Assembly: GCA_012295275.1 (NCBI GenBank)
Contig: CM022672.1
Span: 558,001-622,000, forward strand
Length of the DNA stretch: 64,000 bases
Reading direction: 5' to 3'
Source of the DNA: Chrysomallon squamiferum
Lineage: Eukaryota > Animalia > Mollusca
Shown here piece by piece: positions 38,891 through 51,912 of this stretch. Position numbers and translations under genes: made by a program. The stretch's first letter is position 1; every line of letters starts with the position of its first letter. A model generated the notes under the pieces. It saw only the letters and a program-made list of their open reading frames with translations, had not been told where the DNA came from and did no database searches.

Positions 38891-39784
38891 TTTTTTACGA
38901 ATTGTTTTCAAGTTTAGACATTTGACTGTTTTTACTAAATATATGCTCAGTGTTGACAAGCATAAAATCTTAATCATTAAAATAGTGAATAGACTTGCTT
39001 ATTCTATACAGGAAACATGAAGCATTTTAGACAGTAGATTCTTATTTAGTTATCTTGTAAATGACTTTTAAAGAGTTTTCTACATTTCAATTAAAATACG
39101 CAATTTTAGCAGTATGAAAAAACTCGTGCTGTGAAAAATTACTTTGATCTATGTAGTTGTCTCCCTTAGCCAAATCACATATTAGACTAAAACATCATAA
39201 TAACAATAAATTACATAAACAGACTTATCCAAACAATAACTCTGTAATGTACTTTAAATATTGATGTGGGCTCTGTATAGAAAACCAGAGCACAGTTTTA
39301 AAGTACTTGGTGGTGGTATTTAAAGCAGCATCGTAGTAGTACTATTAATGGCGTGTATTTTATAGATTAATCGGATAATTCCGTATACTTTTATGTAAGT
39401 GACTTTTTTCGTTGGAACTGGTTACCAAGTGTTAGAGTTAAAAATGAAAGTAGTTGTGTAACGAATATAAAATCAGTTGCACTATTTATTACTTTATAAT
39501 ATTCATCTACACGATTTTTTTATAAGTATTTCACACGTACTAAAGAGTTTGGTTAAAGGTATCTGTGTGGAAACCCTGACGCAGCTAAATAATTTGAACA
39601 TATATAGTTATACTTTATTAACTAGCTAAATCTGAACTATTGCTAATGATCCACTGTGCATAATTTTTCTAATGAATGACACTTAAACATATTTTTTTTT
39701 TGTCACATTATTGTATTTCAAACACGATTTTGTACTATAATGAGCAAACACGTTTCACAATTTTGTATACTATAATTAATTATC

Positions 39785-40195
39785 AGTTATTTATTATCAG
39801 TTTTCTGTCTCCTCTATTATCAATGTTCTGTCTTATCTATTATCAGTGTTCTGTCTTATCTATTATCGGTGTTCTGTCTTATCTATTATGAGTGTTCTAT
39901 GTTATCTATTATGAGTGTTTCTGTTATCTATGTTCTGTGTTATCTAATATGAGTGTTCTATGTTACTTATTATGGGTGTTCTGTTTTATCTATTATGACT
40001 GTTCTGTCTTATCTGTTCTGTGTTATCTATTATGACTGTTCTGTCTTATCTATTATGAGTGTTCTGTCTTATCTATTATGAGTGTTCTGTGTTATCTAAT
40101 ATCAATGTTCTATGTTACTTATTATGAGTGTAATGTCTTATCTATTATCAGTGTTCTGTCTTATCTATTATCTATTATCAGTGTTCTGTCTATAT
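39785..40195. repeat. ~23-bp minisatellite
   Basis: TATCTATTATGAGTGTTCTGTCT units. Confidence 0.88.
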
Positions 40196-42743
40196 TTATT
40201 TTCTTTTACTTTGTTTTTAAGATATTTACATTAACTGTATTCTGTCTTTATTTTCCATGGCACTAACTGCTTTTCTTTGCATTAACTTTTCTCCCAAAGA
40301 AAACGATTTTTCTTTTTATTAATATTTTCTTTTATTTATTTCGAGGTTAAAGTGAAAAACAAAATTAAATATGTTGTCGCAAACGGGTAATATTCAGTCA
40401 ATGAAAGCGGATGTTTTGGTCTAAAAGCACTTACATCCAGTTCATTTCCTGTCTCGATCTCATCCTGCGTATAACGTATCCATCATAAGAGAAACACCAA
40501 TTTCTGGGGACAAGAGGTTTTAGTCACAAATGTTTCTTTTAAGGTGTGGAGACTTTTAGCGAGAAGTTTAAACTAATTACATATAATAGTGCACCGGTCG
40601 AGATTCAGAGCTGCGTTATGTAATTGTTGTGAATCGTACGTACCCTTCGAGGCTTCCGTTTTCATAGCGCAGCCTAGTTGTTTGACCTGAGTGCTTTAAC
40701 ACACACCGCGTGACCAGACAGGAAGCAGAACATCTTTAGGGCATGAAGCTGAAACAAGGACGCAAGACACTGTGAATACTTTGTTACTGTATCTGTCCAG
40801 AACATTCTGCATGCACGTGTGTTTCTATCTGTAAGCGAAATATAATTTTGCCCCACCCCAGAAACACCCCACAAAAGAAAACAGAAAAAAAAAAAAAAAA
40901 AAAAAGAAAAAAAGATGAAACAAACGCGGTTTGCGTAAACCCTCACATATTTTGGAATACATGATTATTTAAATGTTGTTCACATCCTTCCAGTTTGTAA
41001 GGCAAAATCTTATGCTATGAAATAAATAAATCAATAAATAGACTACTAACTAAACTGTTGTGTATTAGGCTGCAAAGAAATAATAAAAAAAAAAAAAAAA
41101 AACCTTCAAAATACAAGCAAAGCCATAAAATGTTTTTTTTTTTGTTTTTTTTCCAATGGAGGAATATCCACTTCAAACTGTAACAGAAACTCATAATTTA
41201 CAAACTATAACCGAAACTAACCCATAACATAAAAAAACCCTGTCATATAAACTAACTCATAGCCGAAAAAATGAAATAATTTCACGTCGAGACAGTATAA
41301 ACAGTTTTAAAATAAAGTTATAAAATCCTGCTATATATATAGAAATAATTCCGTCTTCGGATATTGACGAAAATACCCGAAGCAGTGTAATATATTTGGC
41401 AAATGACCTTCACAGTTTATTAAATGACCGACAAGAAAATAATTTTTTGACGAATCCTGGGGGAAACAGACAATTGAGTTAATAAGTGTTATTATAATTT
41501 AAGAAATGTTTCTAATAAAACGTTTAAGAAAGTTCGAACAGGTCACAACGGATCTATTTTTAATATTCATATTCTCAAATTAATTTGTCTTAGCATATTT
41601 TAATTAATTTATTAATATATTTGATTAGATATGTAATGATTAGTAACCCCAAAAGCACAAAAAGATTCTACATTACATTTGTGAAGAAAAAATAATAATA
41701 AGAAGAAAAAAAAAAACAACAAAACATCAACAAAAAAGTAACCCCATAAAAATACCACCCAGAAACAAATACATGGTAATTGAAGATCATCATCACAAAT
41801 ATCAGCATTATTATCAGTTACCTAATATTATTATTGTAACTAATTAAAAATAAACAAAACAACAACTAATCACTGATGATGCATTTACTATGATATTAAA
41901 TTTTTGAGTTGAACATTATGAGACGATATATCTTACAAATGTTTCACACGACGTAAAAATGCATTTTATTTTATTTTATTATTTTGTTTTATTTAAAGAA
42001 ATTTATTTTGAGATATTATCTTTCAGTAAAATGTAGGAGAATGGCCAAGCACTCGCCTTCGTGAAGTGTGTAGAGAAAAACAGGATAGTAATCTCTGACG
42101 TCATCAAAGGAACCAGTGTCTCCCAGATCACCGAGTCGGACCACAAACGAGTTCACATTTTCGTTTAACTCCGTCTTACCGGGGATTGTGCTAGCGATCG
42201 CCGCCATCTTGCTAAAAGGAAATTTGACAGAAGTCTTGATTTCGTGTTAATCTTTGGTTCAGTGTTTGGTGCAGAACATTTAAAATATAACATTTTCTTT
42301 TATTTTCGTTTTTTTTTTTTTTTTTTTGGGGGGGGGGGGGGGGCCTAGGGGACTGTTGGTATTTTGAATTAATAGATTAGATATTTGTGTATGAAGAGCA
42401 TATTGGTTAAAAGGGCTTATACCTACAGATTATTTATCACTTTTAAAGGAAGTGCATAAAATCTGAAAAGGATGTAAATCTTTTTGCACTATCAATAAAA
42501 ATTCAGTGGATTCTTATTGTTGGATGTCAGTGATTTTACAACTAATTAGGTTTGTCATCGTGAAGCCGAGGTTAATCAATATCAGTCAGAGTATTAAACT
42601 CAGTTTGGCAAAAATGGATCCACATTTTGAAACTGAGCTCTTTATAAGTAGTAAAAAAGATTAGGGTTTAGAAAGAAAATAACTTGAAAAGTAATCAATG
42701 ATTAAAATAGATAAAAATAACGAATGGAACGATTATATTTTAG

Positions 42744-42815
<72 letters not shown>

Positions 42816-43671
42816 TCAAATGTATGTTAATTTCTCTGTGAAAACAGTTACAGAGTACTGATACAAAAGAGCACTGAGCTATGTTTGTGTTAAAACTAAA
42901 CAACTCTTTAGTCTAACCAGTCGATGCTGGTACAGAATTAATACTCATTAAAATAACAAAGAAATAAATTAATGAAAAAAACAAATAAAAAATCAGGAAT
43001 GAAAAAAAAAATAATAAAAAAAAAAGAAGAAAAAAAAGAAATGAAATTAGAAATATCAAGACTAAAATAGAAATCTAAAAAAGTAGCAGCAAATATTGTA
43101 ATTAAGTACATTAATGACATGAAGAAAGAATCCGATGTAGGTGTGGGAAATACGTTGACAGGCTCGTGTCGCTTAAGATATCACAAAATAAACTTACAAG
43201 ATAAATAATTGTTGTATAAAATTACATTTTAAACTTTTAAAATAAATAAATAAATAAATAAATAAATAACAATATCAACAACTATACTAATCTACTGTTA
43301 CTTCTGCCACTGCTACTATTAATACTACTACTATTACTACAACTAATAATAATAACAATTTTGATGATAATGATAACAGTAATAAAAAGAATAATAATAA
43401 TAAGAAGGGCAGAATTAATAAATACAGAGAGTTACTTATGACAATATTTCTGAAAAAATTAGGAGAGAAAAAAAGAGAATTCTAAAGACAGTGATGATGA
43501 TGATAGTGGTGGTGCTAGGAATAATAAAAATAAAAATGCGAGTAGACAGAAAGAACTAGTACAAATACAAACTTCACACGACGTGACATGCTTTCTGTGT
43601 CATCTAGCTGTTTATTTTGAATTATTGTTGACACTTTCCTGTCATCCATAACAGCCTCGCTGCTAATATTT

Positions 43672-46600
43672 TCATTTTAACCATGTACCCAACTATTCTG
43701 ATAATTTCACTTTAACCATGTACCCAACTATTCTCTTTATTTCACTTTAACCACGTACCCAACTATTCTCTTTATTTCACTTTAACCATGTACCCAACTA
43801 TTCTGATAATTTCACTTTAACCATGTACCCAACTATTCTGATAATTTCACTTTAACCATGCACCCAACTATTCTCTTTATTTCACTTTAACCATGCACCC
43901 AACTATTCTCTTTATTTCACTTTAACCATGTACCCAACTATTCTGATAATTTCACTTTAACCATGTACCCAACTATTCTGATAATTTCACTTTAACCATG
44001 TACCCAGCTATTCTGATAATTTCACTTTAACCATGTACCCAACTATTCTCTTTATTTCAATTTTTAACCATGCACCCAACTATTCTCTTTATTTCACTTT
44101 AACCATGTACCCAACTATTCTGATAATTTCACTTTAACCATGTACCCAACTATTCTCTTTATTTCACTTTAACCATGCACCCAACTATTCTCTTTATTTC
44201 ACTTTAACCATGTACCCAACTATTCTGATAATTTCACTTTAACCATGTACCCAACTATTCTGATAATTTCACTTTAACCATGCACCCAACTATTCTGATA
44301 ATTTCACTTTAACCATGCACCCAACTATTCTCTTTATTTCACTTTAACCATGTACCCAGCTATTCTGATAATTTCACTTTAACCATGCACCCAACTATTC
44401 TGATAATTTCACTTTAACCATGTACCAAACTATTCTGATAATTTCACTTTAACCATGCACCCAACTATTCTCTTTATTTCACTTTAACCATGCACCCAAC
44501 TATTCTCATAATTTCACTTTAACCATGTACCCAACTATTCTGATAATTTCACTTTAACCATGCACCCAACTATTCTGATAATTTCACTTTAACCATGCAC
44601 CCAACTATTCTCTTTATTTCACTTTAACCATGTACCCAACTATTCTGATAATTTCACTTTAACCATGTACCCAACTATTCTGATAATTTCACTTTAACCA
44701 TGTACCCAACTATTCTGATAATTTCACTTTAACCATGTACCCAACTATTCTCTTTATTTCACTTTAACCATGCACCCAACTATTCTCTTTATTTCACTTT
44801 AACCATGTACCCAACTATTCTGATAATTTCACTTTTTAACCATGTACCCAACTATTCTCTTTATTTCATTTTTAACCATGCACCCAACTATTCTCTTTAT
44901 TTCACTTTTAACCATGTACCCAACTATTCTGATAATTTCACTTTTAACCATGTACCCAACTATTCTGATAATTTCACTTTTAACCATGCACCCAACTATT
45001 CTGATAATTTCACTTTTAACCATGCACCCAACTATTCTCTTTATTTCACTTTTAACCATGTACCCAGCTATTCTGATAATTTCACTTTTAACCATGCACC
45101 CAACTATTCTCTTTATTTCACTTTTAACCATGCACCCAACTATTCTGATAATTTCACTTTAACCATGTACCCAACTCTTCTCTTTATTTCACTTTAACCA
45201 CGTACCCAACTATTCTCTTTATTTCACTTTAACCATGTACCCAACTATTCTGATAATTTCACTTTAACCATGTACCCAACTATTCTCTTTATTTCACTTT
45301 TAACCATGCACCCAACTATTCTCTTTATTTCACTTTTTTAACCATGTACCCAACTATTCTGATAATTTCACTTTTAACCATGTACCCAACTATTCTGATA
45401 ATTTCACTTTTAACCATGCACCCAACTATTCTGATAATTTCACTTTTAACCATGCACCCAACTATTCTCTTTATTTCACTTTTAACCATGTACCCAACTA
45501 TTCTCTTTTATTTCACTTTTAACCATGTACCCAACTATTCTCTTTATTTCACTTTAACCATGCACCCAACTATTCTCTTTATTTCACTTTAACCATGTAC
45601 CCAACTATTCTGATAATTTCACTTTAACCATGTACCCAACTATTCTGATAATTTCACTTTAACCACGTACCCAACTATTCTCTTTATTTCACTTTAACCA
45701 CATACCCAACTATTCTGATAATTTCACTTTAACCACGTACCCAACTATTCTCTTTATTTCACTTTAACCATGTACCCAACTATTCTGATAATTTCACTTT
45801 AACCATGTACCCAACTATTCTCTTTATTTCACTTTAACCATGTACCCAACTATTCTCTTTATTTCACTTTTTTAACCACGTACCCAGCTATTCTGATAAT
45901 TTCAATTTTAACCATGTACCCAACTATTCTGATAATTTCACTTTAACCATGTACCCAACTATTCTCTTTATTTCACTTTAACCATGTACCCAACTATTCT
46001 CTTTATTTCACTTTAACCATGTACCCAACTATTCTCTTTATTTCACTTTAACCATGTACCCAACTATTCTCTTTATTTCACTTTAACCACATACCCAACT
46101 ATTCTCTTTATTTCACTTTAACCATGCACCCAACTATTCTCTTTATTTCATTTTTTAACCATGTACCCAACTATTCTGATAATTTCACTTTTAACCATGT
46201 ACCCAACTATTCTCTTTATTTCACTTTTAACCATGCACCCAACTATTCTCTTTATTTCACTTTTAACCAAAAACCCAACTATTCTGATAAACTTTAACCA
46301 TGTACCCAACTATTCTGATAATTTCACTTTAACCATGCACCCAACTATTCTCTTTATTTCACTTTAACCATGTACCTAGCTATTCTGATAATTTCACTTT
46401 AACCATGCACCCAACTATTCTCTTTATTTCACTTTAACCATGCACCCAACTATTCTGATAATTTCACTTTAACCATGTACCCAACTCTTCTCTTTATTTC
46501 ACTTTAACCACGTACCCAACTATTCTCTTTATTTCACTTTAACCATGTACCCAATTATTCTGATAATTTCACTTTAACCATGTACCCAACTATTCTGATA

Positions 46601-48548
46601 ATTTCACTTTAACCATGTACCCAACTATTCTCTTTATTTCACTTTAACCATGTACCCAACTATTCTGATAATTTCACTTTAACCATGTACCCAACTATTC
46701 TCTTTATTTCACTTTAACCATGTACCCAACTATTCTGATAATTTCACTTTAATCATGTACCCAACTATTCCGATAATTTCACTTTAACCATGCACCCAAC
46801 TATTCTCTTTATTTCACTTTAACCATGTACCCAACTATTCTCTTTATTTCACTTTAACCATGTACCCAACTATTCTCTTTATTTCACTTTAACCATGCAC
46901 CCAACTATTCTCTTTATTTCACTTTAACCATGTACCCAACTATTCTGATAATTTCACTTTTAACCACGTACCCAACTATTCTCTTTATTTCACTTTTAAC
47001 CACATACCCAACTATTCTCTTTATTTCACTTTTTAACCATAAAACCCAACTATTCTCTTTTATTTCACTTTTAACCACGTACCCAGCTATTCTGATAATT
47101 TCACTTTTAACCATGTACCCAACTATTCTCTTTATTTCACTTTTAACCATGTACTCAACTATTCTGATAATTTCACTTTAACCATGTACCCAACTATTCT
47201 CTTTATTTCAATTTTTAACCATGTACCCAACTATTCTCTTTATTTCATTTTTAAATAAAACCCAACTATTCTGATAATTTCACTTTAACCATGTACCCAA
47301 CTATTCTCTTTATTTCACTTTAACCATGTACCCAACTATTCTCTTTATTTCACTTTAACCATGTACCCAACTATTCTCTTTATTTCACTTTAACCATGTA
47401 CCCAACTATTCTGATAATTTCACTTTAACCATGTACCCAACTATTCTCTTTATTTCACTTTAACCATGTACCCAACTATTCTCTTTATTTCACTTTAACC
47501 ATGTACCCAACTATTCTCTTTATTTCACTTTTAACCATAAAACCCAACTCTTCTTTTATTTCACTTTTAACCACGTACCCAACTATTCTCTTTATTTCAC
47601 TTTAACCATGTACCCAATTATTCTGATAATTTCACTTTAACCATGTACCCAACTATTCTGATAATTTCACTTTAACCACGTACCCAACTATTCTCTTTAT
47701 TTCACTTTAACCACATACCCAACTATTCTCTTTATTTCACTTTAACCATGTACCCAACTATTCTCTTTATTTCACTTTAACCACGTACCCAGCTATTCTG
47801 ATAATTTCACTTTAACCATGTACCCAACTATTCTCTTTATTTCACTTTAACCATGTACTCAACTATTCTGATAATTTCACTTTAACCATGTACCCAACTA
47901 TTCTCTTTATTTCACTTTAACCATGTACCCAACTATTCTCTTTATTTCACTTTAACCATGTACCCAGCTATTCTGATAATTTCACTTTAACCATGTACCC
48001 AACTATTCTCTTTATTTCACTTTAACCATGTACCCAACTATTCTCTTTTATTTCACTTTTAACCATGTACCCAACTATTCTCTTTATTTCACTTTAACCA
48101 TGTACCCAACTATTCTGATAATTTCACTTTAACCATGTACCCAACTATTCTGATATTTTCACTTTAACCATGTACCTAACTATTCTGATATTTTCACTTT
48201 AACCATGTACCTAACTATTCTGATAATTTCACTTTAACCATGTACCCAACTATTCTCTTTATTTCACTTTAACCATGTACCTAACTATTCTGATATTTTC
48301 ACTTTAACCATGTACCCAACTATTCTCTTTATTTCACTTTAACCATGTACCCAACTATTCTCTTTATTTCACTTTAACCATGTACCCAACTATTCTCTTT
48401 ATTTCACTTTAACCATGTACCCAACTATTCTCTTTATTTCACTTTAACCATGTACCCAGCTATTCTGATAATTTCACTTTAACCATGTACCCAACTATTC
48501 TCTTTATTTCACTTTTGACCATGTACCCAATTATTCTGATTATTTCAC
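43672..48548. repeat. Large 35-bp minisatellite, ~4.9 kb, roughly 135-140 copies
   Basis: AACCATG[T/C]ACCCAACTATTCT[GATAA/CTTTA]TTTCACTTT. Confidence 0.97.
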
Positions 48549-48904
48549 TACATTATATTACAATCTAGCTGACTCGCGTTCACACTTCGTCTTCTTCAAC
48601 AAAGTCTCTCATTATTCATCGTCCTCAGACTAATCCTCTGCGATAAATAATTGTAAATTAGCGGATCAGAATCAATTACAGGAGAATCCAAACAGAGGTG
48701 TTAATAAAAGAAAGCAATATTTTGTGGGAACTGAGCGCGACTCTGAGAACGATTTGACTGTTGTGAAAAAGTCTTCAACAGCAGACGTCGTGTGAGATTC
48801 CCCGCATGGCTCGCTGGTGAGTGTTTTGTGTCAATACGTAGAGTTATTTCTTTTATTATATCACAACAGTTGTCACTTACGTATTACAGTAGGGAAATAC
48901 GTTT

Positions 48905-49326
48905 ACATGTTACAATAGTAGTACATCTTACAGTAGTGGTACATGTAATAGCAGTAGTATATGTAACAGTAGTAGTACATGTTACAGTAGTAGTGCATGT
49001 AACAGTAGTAGTATATGTAACAGTAGCAGTATATGTAACAGTAGCAGTATATGTAACAGTAGTAGTATATGTAACAGTAGTAGTACATGTAACAGTAGTA
49101 GTATATGTAACAGTAGTAGTATATGTAACAGTAGTAGTACATGTAACAGTAGTAGTACATGTAACAGTAGTAGTATATGTAACAGTAGTAGTACATGTAA
49201 CAGTAGTAGTATATGTAACAGTAGTAGTATATGTAACAGTAGCAGTATATGTAACAGTTGCAGTATATGTAACAGTAGCAGTATATGTAACAGTTGCAGT
49301 ATATGTAACAGTAGCAGTACATGTAA
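48905..49326. repeat. 18-bp minisatellite, ~23 copies
   Basis: ATGTAACAGTAGTAGTA[T/C]. Confidence 0.95.
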
Positions 49327-49682
49327 TCAAATATTGCAATGTTTCTTAATCCGTTGTGAACAAAATGATTTTATTTAAATGTAAAACAGTATTCACATTT
49401 TCAAAACTGTAAACCGGTTTCGTTAATTAAACTGGCGAATGTACGCACGTGCAATACCACGTTAATCATTGTGTGTTAAGACTATTTATTAGTATAAAAT
49501 AACTATCGTTAAAAGATAAATCTACTGACATAGCAAGTAGATTTTTAAAATTTTCGATGACATTTTAACTTACAAAAGATGATAAAGTTATATTACTTGA
49601 AAGTCAAGATATTGTGCTCATCGCTTATAAAAGAAATTATGATCAAGCAGTTCAGTCCTATTTTGTTCTTAAAAGTAATATA

Positions 49683-49713
<31 letters not shown>

Positions 49714-50042
49714 AAATGATAAAAAAGAAAAGAAAAATGATAAATAAATAAGAAAGTAAAAGAAAAAAAGAAAAGAAAAATGATAAATAAATAAGAAAGT
49801 AAAAGAAAAAATCAATTATTAAGTTTTGTATTCAATATCATTTAAAAAAATAAGTAGGACAAAAACGATTTAAAAGTAGGCAACAAAATATTAGTTATTT
49901 TGTCATTGTTCTAGGTGGATGAAAATTAATTTAAATAGTAACATGAAAATAATTAAAATGTTTTACTGGGTCCATGATTTTTGTCGTATTTGACTTGGAA
50001 ATTTTTGTTGTTATTGTTCTACTTCTTCTTCTTCTTCTTATT

Positions 50043-50095
<53 letters not shown>

Positions 50096-51689
50096 TAATT
50101 ATTATTATTTTGGTAATTCAAACACTGTTTGTACACTTGTGGTATTGTTAAATCAGCCTGTTTCTGAATACAGCGAGGTTACCTGATTCTCTCTACAAAC
50201 TGACTGATTTATTTGTTGTTAAAGTGTTCTGAAAGAAGCTAACGCACAAATGATATATTTATTTTAATAAATTATTGCATGTGTAAGCTAAATAGCAAAA
50301 ATAACAGTATACAAATAAACAAACAGTAGTTGACATATCTTTGTATCTGTTCTTTTGGATTTCTAAGTAATTGGTTATCTTTAAATATTCGAACAGCAAA
50401 GTTTATAGGTGTGTGTGTGTGAGTGTGTGTATGTGTGTGTGTGTCTGTGTGCGCGTGTAAATTTTCGTTTATAGAAAAGTATTATCTCAAGAGAAGACTT
50501 CATTTTAATTAAGTATCAAGTTCAAGCTGTAGCATATTTTCACATTATTAGTTCACAAAATACACTGATGTAGCGACACGGATACTCATTATTTCTTTAA
50601 AGTAAAGGAATTTATCACAATTATCAACTAATGACTGCTAAGGTTATTTGAACCCGGTAACCTTGGACTGATAATGCAATACTCCATTAAAACTTCCATT
50701 AACAGCTATTAGTGGAAATGACTTGTTGAATTTCCATCAGTTGACAGTAAGAGAGAAAGCACTTTACAAAACAGTCACCTCTTCTCACTAGAATCAATTT
50801 TACCTTTTACCTCTTCATAAATAAACAACTCATTAAATTCCCCCCAAAGCAGGGATGGATCCAGGACGTGATCCAGGACGTGATCCAGTGGGTGTAAAAC
50901 TTGTTCATGATCACCAAATTATAAAAAAAAGAAGAAAAAAAGAAATGAGATTAACAACACAGCTATAACTAACGAAGCTATTAACAGGCTCGTTTATCCA
51001 GACATAATTAGACAGTGTCTAGTGTACTATTTTTTGTTTTATCAAGACAGATTTAGACTATCTAGAGTAGTATTAGTTACTTTATCAAGAGAGCTGTAGA
51101 CGATGTGTAGTGTACTATTGACTATCAGTTACTTTATCAACTCTGGGTCATCCTTAATTACAATGTACAAATATGAAAGTGTTTAGATTATTAAAGTAAA
51201 GAGGTTATAACAAGAAATAACTGTTACTATTGTAGTGGTCTCAGGTGCTGACTTATTGCGTTAATTTATCAGTGAAGGTAATAATGTTTATTAAAGATGT
51301 ATTCAGAAATACTCTCTGGATTTGTATATAAAAATGACACTGTCAAGAAACAAATTTCAGTCAGCAAGCAAAGTCTTCATCGATCTTTGTCACCAAACAG
51401 CCTCTAGATATTGTTCACACTGCAGCGTATATTTAGTTTAAATAATAACCTCTTATATTCCTTTTAATAAAAAGTAAAGTATTAAAATAATCTGAAGGAA
51501 ATCGAATTTACGTGCGTCTGTAGAAAAAGAGAAATACAAAATGGAGTCACAGAATAAGATAATGGCTGAAGGAAAAAAAAAAATGAAACAGGGAGAAAAA
51601 AAGGTAAAAATGAAAATGATACAAAGACATAGAAAGAAAAAAGACACTGAACAGAGAACGTGACAGAAGAAGGACGAGAGGGAGGGAGG

Positions 51690-51848
51690 GAGAGAAATGC
51701 AGAGAGAGAGAGAAACACAGAGAGAGACAGAGACTGAGAAAGAGACAGAGAGAGACAGAGACAGAGGGAGACAGAGTGAGACAGGCAGAGAGAGACAGAG
51801 AAAAACAAATAGAGAGAGACAGAGACAGAGAGAGACAGAGAGACAGAA

Positions 51849-51908
<60 letters not shown>
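51690..51908. repeat. (AG/ACAG)n microsatellite
   Basis: Seen directly. Other pure tracts: (AAT)n 13150-13235, (GT)n 24018-24101, (AG)n 42748-42811, (CT)n 56221-56325, (ATGT)n 60930-61005, (GT)n 62162-62217. Confidence 0.9.

Positions 51909-51912
<4 letters not shown>

Noticed and set aside
44805-47181. ORFs inside the 35-bp array
   Set aside because: They occur only where extra Ts make 36-bp units, so they are repeat or homopolymer-error artefacts.
43672-48548. CRISPR-like array of 35-bp repeats
   Set aside because: Units are contiguous with no unique spacers, there are no cas genes, and the context is eukaryotic; it is a minisatellite.
48792-49349. Overlapping periodic ORFs (VTVVVY, TYTATV, CYIYYY), superficially antifreeze-like
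   Set aside because: An 18-bp minisatellite open in several frames; no gene structure.
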